Shown here: piece by piece, positions 21,352-26,206 of the stretch | How the letters are laid out: every line of letters starts with the position of its first letter | Numbering within the stretch: position 1 is the stretch's first letter | DNA from: Pseudomonadota bacterium | GTDB taxonomy: Bacteria; Myxococcota; JACRCW01; JAFGSX01 | Assembly: GCA_043821645.1 (NCBI GenBank) | Contig: JBDRCO010000127.1 | Location: forward strand, 1-26,206 | DNA: 26,206 bases | Direction: 5' to 3' | Program-made: the position numbers and the translations under genes | The notes under the pieces: model-generated | Told to the model about the DNA's origin: nothing | What the model saw: only the letters and a program-made list of their open reading frames with translations | Database searches by the model: none

Positions 21352-24228
21352 TCACCGGCTCAGGGTGTCGCGCGCCGCGCTCCATGCCCGCAGCCGGGCC
21401 AGGTCGGGCGCGCCCTCGACGGCCGACTGCTCGAGGTCGGCCTCGGCCCTGGCGAGCAGCGCATCGGCACGCCTGCGCTCGCCCCGGGCGTGCAGCGTGC
21501 GAGCCAGGGCGAAGCGGGTCATGCCGAGCGGGTAGGGTCCGGCGGCGCTGTCCTCGAACAGCTTCAGCGCCTGCTCCAGCAGCGGCAGCGCCCGCTCCGG
21601 GTGGCCGAGCCCGAGTTCGGCTTCACCCAGCCCCAGCAGAGGATGCGCGCGCCGCACGCTGGTGGCGGGCTCGCGTGCCGAGATGAGCTCGAGGGCTCGC
21701 CGCTGGCGATCGCGCGCCTCGGCGAAGTGCTTCTCGCGCAGGGCGACGTTGCCGAGGTTGGACAGTGCCATGCCCACCACCGGGTGGGTCTCGCCGTAGG
21801 CCTGCTGCAGGACCTCGAGCGCCCGGGTGTAGTGCTCGCGCGCCTCGACGTACCGGCCCTGCTGCTCACGGACGAAGCCCATGGCGTCGAGGCTGAAGCC
21901 GACCTGCGGGCTGGTTGCACCCAGGGCCTGGGCGCGAATGGTCAGGGCGCGCTGGTGCGCCTGCCAGGCCTCGTCGAGGGCGCCGCGGCGAGTCAGGACC
22001 AGACCAAGCTTGCTCAGGGAGGTGGCGACATCCGGATGAGCAGGCCCCAGTGCCTGCTCGCGGATCTCCAGGCCCCGTCGCAGGGCCCGCTCGGCCTCGA
22101 CGTACTGGCCCTGCTCGGTCAGCAGGGTGGCGATGTTGTTGAGCGCCGGCACCAGACCGGGGTGGCTGGGGCCAAGCGTGGCCTCGTCGAGGGCCAGGGC
22201 CTGCTGGTAGAGCTCGAGGGCGTGGTCCTCCTCGCCCAGGTGCTTGAGCACCACCGCGAGCCGATTGAGGGGCGACGACAGGTCCGGGCGGCCGGGTTCC
22301 GGATCCTGTCGCGCGCGCTCCACGGCCCGCACGAGCAAGGTTCGCGCCTCGTCGTAGGCCCCGGCGTCGTCGAGCAGTCCGCCCACGACCTCGTCGAGAC
22401 GGGCACGCTGGCGGTCGGAGTTGCCGGCTCGCTCCACCGCTGCCTCGGCGTGAGCGCGCAGCGCCAGCCCCGCCTGCGGGTCGACGCCACCGCGCACGGC
22501 GAGCAACACGGTCATGGCCTGCGCCCGCAACAGGTCGTCCCGCGCGCGCGCCGCGACCAGGTCGGCTTCCTGCAGCGCCGCGGTCGCCGCTGGCCTGTCC
22601 TGGACTTGCCACAGCAGCGCCCCCTCGCGCAGAAGCAGGCGGCCCAGCAAAGGAGGGTGGCCCACCGCGCGCACCTCGTCCTTCAGCGCGCGCACGGCCT
22701 CCAGGGCCTGTGGATAGCGCCCCGCCCGTTCGAGCGCCTCGGCCTCGTCGAGCGCCCCCTCGAGGCGGTCGATGCGATCTCGGAGCGCGGGATCTCCGGG
22801 CAGCGGCGTGGTGCTCAGCAGATTCTCCGTCGCAGCACAGCTCTCGACCTCCGCCAGCCGGCCACACGCGCTCACCGCCTCGTCGACCAGCGCAGCGTCT
22901 GTCTGCTCGGTCAGCAGGGCGATCAGAGCCCTCATCTCATCCTGTCGGCGCCGCAGGCACTGCATGCGCAGGTCGAGAAGCGCCTCGGATTGCTCGCCGC
23001 TGACATGGGTGGCCTCGCAGGCCAGGGTCCACTGACGAGTCCACGCGGCAGCGTAGTCATCCAGCCGCTGCACCACCCGGCGGCTGGTCTCCGCGGCGTG
23101 GTAGCGGCCCGTCGCCGCAAAGGCCTCGATCAGCTGCGCGCTGCGCGTCGGGTTCCAGACCTCCGCGATGTGCGCCTCCGCGTCGCGACAGGGCTGCCAC
23201 GCTTCACCGTGCAGCCAGACCTGGAGGCCGAGCGCCACGGCCAGCGCCGCCGTCGCAAGCGCGAGAACAGCGATGCGCCCGCGGCCAGGTCGCGGGTCGA
23301 GAGCAGCGAGCAGCTCGGTCATCGAGGCGAAGCGCTCCTCGACGGCGGGCCTCAGCCCCCGTAGCAACGCCCGGTGCACGTGGCCAGGGAGCCGGGCAGT
23401 GGCCGGCGGCGGTCGCACCACTCCCCCGGCGATGGCGCGGGCGAGGGACTCGATGTCGTCGCCTGCGAAAGGACGCACGCCGCACAGGGCCTCGTACAGC
23501 ACGACGCAGAAGGCGAACTGATCGGCGCGGGCGTCGACCGCCTCCCCGCGGTGCTGCTCGGGCGCCATGTAGGGCGGGGTACCCAAGCGCCCGCCGGACG
23601 CCGTCAGCGTGCTGTGCTGTTCATCCAGCGGCGCGGCCTCCACCTCGAGCCTGTCGTCGCCGGCGCCGGTCGACGCCGCGGTGCCGAAGTCGCTGACCTT
23701 GATGCGGCCGTCGAGGCCGATGAGCACGTTGTCCGGCTTGAAGTCGCGGTGGACCAGGCCGGCCGCGTGGGCCGCCACCAGGCCGCGTCCGGCCTCGCGC
23801 AGCACCCGCAGCACCTCGGACGGAGGTCGCGGCTGCGCGGCCAGCCAGGCGCGCAGGGTCGCACCCTCGACGAACTCCATCGCCATGTACACCTGGCCGC
23901 GGTAGACGCCCAGATCGTGCACGGTGACGATGTTGGCGTGCGACAGGCGAGCCACGATGCGGGCCTCGCGCTGCAGCCGGCTCTGCCGCCGGGCCTCGAT
24001 CTCCGGATCGCCGCAGGGGCGCAGGACCTTGAGCGCCACCTTGCGGTCGAGGGCTGCGTCCCAGGCGCTGTACACGACACCCATGCCCCCGGCGCCGACG
24101 CGATCGAGGATCATGAAGCGGCCCAGATCGGTGCCCCGCGCCAGGCCCTCGATGGAGGCCGGTGACACGGCAGGTGACTCCCCGTCAGGGTCGAGGGTGG
24201 CCTGATCGAGAGTGTCGTCGTCCACCAT
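21352..24228 (-). CDS. Membrane Ser/Thr protein kinase with C-terminal TPR array
   Basis: VGAGGMGVVY, VALK, HRDFKPDN, DFG, GTPPYMAPEQ; TM helix; Cys-containing linker; TPRs of the LGP.HP.VA..L type. Confidence 0.93.
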   Translation of the reverse strand: MVDDDTLDQATLDPDGESPAVSPASIEGLARGTDLGRFMILDRVGAGGMGVVYSAWDAALDRKVALKVLRPCGDPEIEARRQSRLQREARIVARLSHANIVTVHDLGVYRGQVYMAMEFVEGATLRAWLAAQPRPPSEVLRVLREAGRGLVAAHAAGLVHRDFKPDNVLIGLDGRIKVSDFGTAASTGAGDDRLEVEAAPLDEQHSTLTASGGRLGTPPYMAPEQHRGEAVDARADQFAFCVVLYEALCGVRPFAGDDIESLARAIAGGVVRPPPATARLPGHVHRALLRGLRPAVEERFASMTELLAALDPRPGRGRIAVLALATAALAVALGLQVWLHGEAWQPCRDAEAHIAEVWNPTRSAQLIEAFAATGRYHAAETSRRVVQRLDDYAAAWTRQWTLACEATHVSGEQSEALLDLRMQCLRRRQDEMRALIALLTEQTDAALVDEAVSACGRLAEVESCAATENLLSTTPLPGDPALRDRIDRLEGALDEAEALERAGRYPQALEAVRALKDEVRAVGHPPLLGRLLLREGALLWQVQDRPAATAALQEADLVAARARDDLLRAQAMTVLLAVRGGVDPQAGLALRAHAEAAVERAGNSDRQRARLDEVVGGLLDDAGAYDEARTLLVRAVERARQDPEPGRPDLSSPLNRLAVVLKHLGEEDHALELYQQALALDEATLGPSHPGLVPALNNIATLLTEQGQYVEAERALRRGLEIREQALGPAHPDVATSLSKLGLVLTRRGALDEAWQAHQRALTIRAQALGATSPQVGFSLDAMGFVREQQGRYVEAREHYTRALEVLQQAYGETHPVVGMALSNLGNVALREKHFAEARDRQRRALELISAREPATSVRRAHPLLGLGEAELGLGHPERALPLLEQALKLFEDSAAGPYPLGMTRFALARTLHARGERRRADALLARAEADLEQSAVEGAPDLARLRAWSAARDTLSR

Positions 24229-25796
24229 CAGGGGGTCTTGAGTCCGAGCTCGCGGACGCGCAGGGTCAGGGCGCGCCGGGACACACCCAGGCTTTCGGCG
24301 GCGGCTCCGAGGTCACCACCGAGCTCGGCCAGCCGTGACGTGATCTCCTCGGCGCCGATGTCCCTGGCCTTGCGCACCCGCGGGCTGCGCTCCATCAGGG
24401 CGTAGAGCGTGTTACGCGAGATGCCGAGCGCGTCGGCGGTGGCGCGGATCTGGTGGCCGTGCTGCTGCAGCGTCGCCACAAGCTGGTCCTCGTCGATCTC
24501 GGAGGCCGGACGCTGTGATGCGGGCACCTCCCGGGGCTGCACGGTCGACGCGGCCTCGCGCAGCAGCGCGACCGCGCTGTCCACGGGGACCGTGTCGCTG
24601 TCCAGGTTGGCGAGCACCAGCTGGCGGGTGACGTTGCGCAGCTGCCGGACGTTGCCGGGCCACTCGCAGGCGACCAGCTGGGCCACCACGGCCGCAGGCA
24701 TCCACGGCGCCGCACCCCCCGGCCGGGGCTCGAGCAGGGCCAGCGCATCGCACAGCTCCAGCTCATGCCGGACAAAGTGCCGGAACAGCCGTCCGATATC
24801 GTCCCGTCGCTGGCTCAGGGCTGGCAGGTGGAGGGTGCAGCCCGACAGGCGGTGCAGGAGCGGTGCGCGAAAGCCGCCATCCCGCACCCGGGCGTCGAGG
24901 TCCTCGTCCGTCGCTGCGATCACACGCACGTCGACGGCCTGCTCCGCACTGCTTCCCAGGCGACGGATCGTACCGGTCTCGAGGGTACGCAGCAGCATGG
25001 CCTGCACGTCGGGGGGCGTGGCGCCGATCTCGTCCAGAAACAGCGTGCCCCCGTGTGCCTGCTCGAAGTAGCCGCGATGTTCCTGGGCGGCTCCGGTGAA
25101 GGCACCGGCCATGTGTCCGAACAGCTCGGAGGCCGCGGTCGAGCCTGGCACTGCAGCCATGTTGACCGCGACCAGGGGACCGTCGGCGCGCCCGCTGCAT
25201 CGGTGCAGCGCCTGGGCCGCCAGCTCCTTGCCGCTGCCCGTCTCGCCGCGTAGCAGCACCGGGGTGGCGATGGGGGCGCTGGTCACGATCTGGCGTCGAA
25301 GAAGCTCCAGCGCATCGCTCTCGCCGACGAAGCCCAGGGCGGGCTGCAGCTCCTGCCGGGGCACGGAGCTATGCAACAGCAGCAGCACCCGGGCGGCGAG
25401 CTCGATCTGCACGCCCCACTCGAGGTCCGCGGCCGACAGCTCGCGTGGACCCACCAGCTTGCGGCCGTCGACACGCACCTCGCTGGCCCCGTTCTCGGGC
25501 GCCAGCGCAATCCCGCGCTCCGGAGCCCGGGAGAACCACAGCGCCTTGCGGCTGAGGCAGGGCTCGGCCAGGGGACCGCTGGTGATGCCGGGCTGTCGCA
25601 CGAAGTCCGGCGCCAGCCGCGACAGCCCCACGGGCCCGTTCTCCTCGACGAACAGCCACAGCCGGTCGCCGACACGGTCGAGGTCGGTGTGATGCAGGAT
25701 GGTCAGGCAGGGGCGCCGCGGGTCGTCACGCCATCGGCCCACGTCCGAGGGTTCAATGGTGGCGACGTCCTCTGGTCTGGTGGTCTGCCCGGTCAT
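24228..25796 (-). CDS. Sigma54-dependent enhancer-binding protein (degenerate FHA-like, AAA+, two Fis HTH)
   Basis: GETGSGKE, ELFGH..GAFTGA, LFLDEIG, WPGNVRQL; two HTHs (ALGISRNTLY, SLGVSRRALT); TGATG coupling to the kinase. Alternative start 25823. Confidence 0.92.
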   Translation of the reverse strand: MTGQTTRPEDVATIEPSDVGRWRDDPRRPCLTILHHTDLDRVGDRLWLFVEENGPVGLSRLAPDFVRQPGITSGPLAEPCLSRKALWFSRAPERGIALAPENGASEVRVDGRKLVGPRELSAADLEWGVQIELAARVLLLLHSSVPRQELQPALGFVGESDALELLRRQIVTSAPIATPVLLRGETGSGKELAAQALHRCSGRADGPLVAVNMAAVPGSTAASELFGHMAGAFTGAAQEHRGYFEQAHGGTLFLDEIGATPPDVQAMLLRTLETGTIRRLGSSAEQAVDVRVIAATDEDLDARVRDGGFRAPLLHRLSGCTLHLPALSQRRDDIGRLFRHFVRHELELCDALALLEPRPGGAAPWMPAAVVAQLVACEWPGNVRQLRNVTRQLVLANLDSDTVPVDSAVALLREAASTVQPREVPASQRPASEIDEDQLVATLQQHGHQIRATADALGISRNTLYALMERSPRVRKARDIGAEEITSRLAELGGDLGAAAESLGVSRRALTLRVRELGLKTP

Positions 25797-26206
25797 GACG
25801 TCCAAGACCCCCTTGCACGTCATTCACAGAGAATCGCAGGCGGAAGTCAAGGTACAGGCACCACGGTCCTCCCACCAGGGTCCATGACCGTCACGGCTGG
25901 TGGAGGGACCTACGTGGGCTTGCTGGGGGGGCGGGCTGCTGAGGGGGCTTGAGACGGGGCCTGGCTGCGTTGCTCGAGGGATGGGAGCTTGAGGGCTGGA
26001 AGGTCGAGGGAAGTGGGACAGGGCCCGGCAGGACCGGGGTAGGTACCTCACCGAACCGCTGCCCCGGTGGAATCACAGCAAAGCTGGGGAAAAAATCAAG
26101 ACGGGGGTCATGGCTTGACGAGCGGCGGAGTAGCCAGAGGCTGTCACGGTTGCCCATGGGCAGCCTTCAGGCTCATCTGACCAAAACTCACTGTACTGTG
26201 GTTTGG

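Noticed and set aside
21490-23364. 624-aa antisense ORF and similar shadow ORFs
   Set aside because: Expected artefacts of high-GC codon bias opposite real genes.
25824-26206. Short ORFs at the right end
   Set aside because: No recognisable motifs; likely upstream intergenic DNA.

Overview
High-GC accessory region whose gene content suggests Myxococcota (inference). It contains a truncated IS91-like transposase, an AAA_14/DUF4143 ATPase, a Cas4-like/DUF2779 nuclease, a PEGA protein plus beta-propeller lipoprotein operon, a PD-(D/E)XK nuclease, a TPR protein and a highly degenerate FtsZ paralog that has lost the GTP-binding and catalytic loops. It also holds two paralogous small SSB/DUF736-like genes, an Xre-RES toxin-antitoxin pair, a kinase-STAND-WD40 receptor whose WD40 block is a low-GC mosaic, and a sigma54 activator plus Ser/Thr kinase operon. 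That operon converges on a papain-fold effector-like gene with its own sigma54 promoter and upstream palindrome. Three gene modules are each bracketed by their own direct repeats (133 bp, a 56 bp hairpin and a ~50 bp hairpin), suggesting cassette-like assembly. No rRNA, tRNA or CRISPR array was seen. All calls come from motif recognition by eye; no searches were run.
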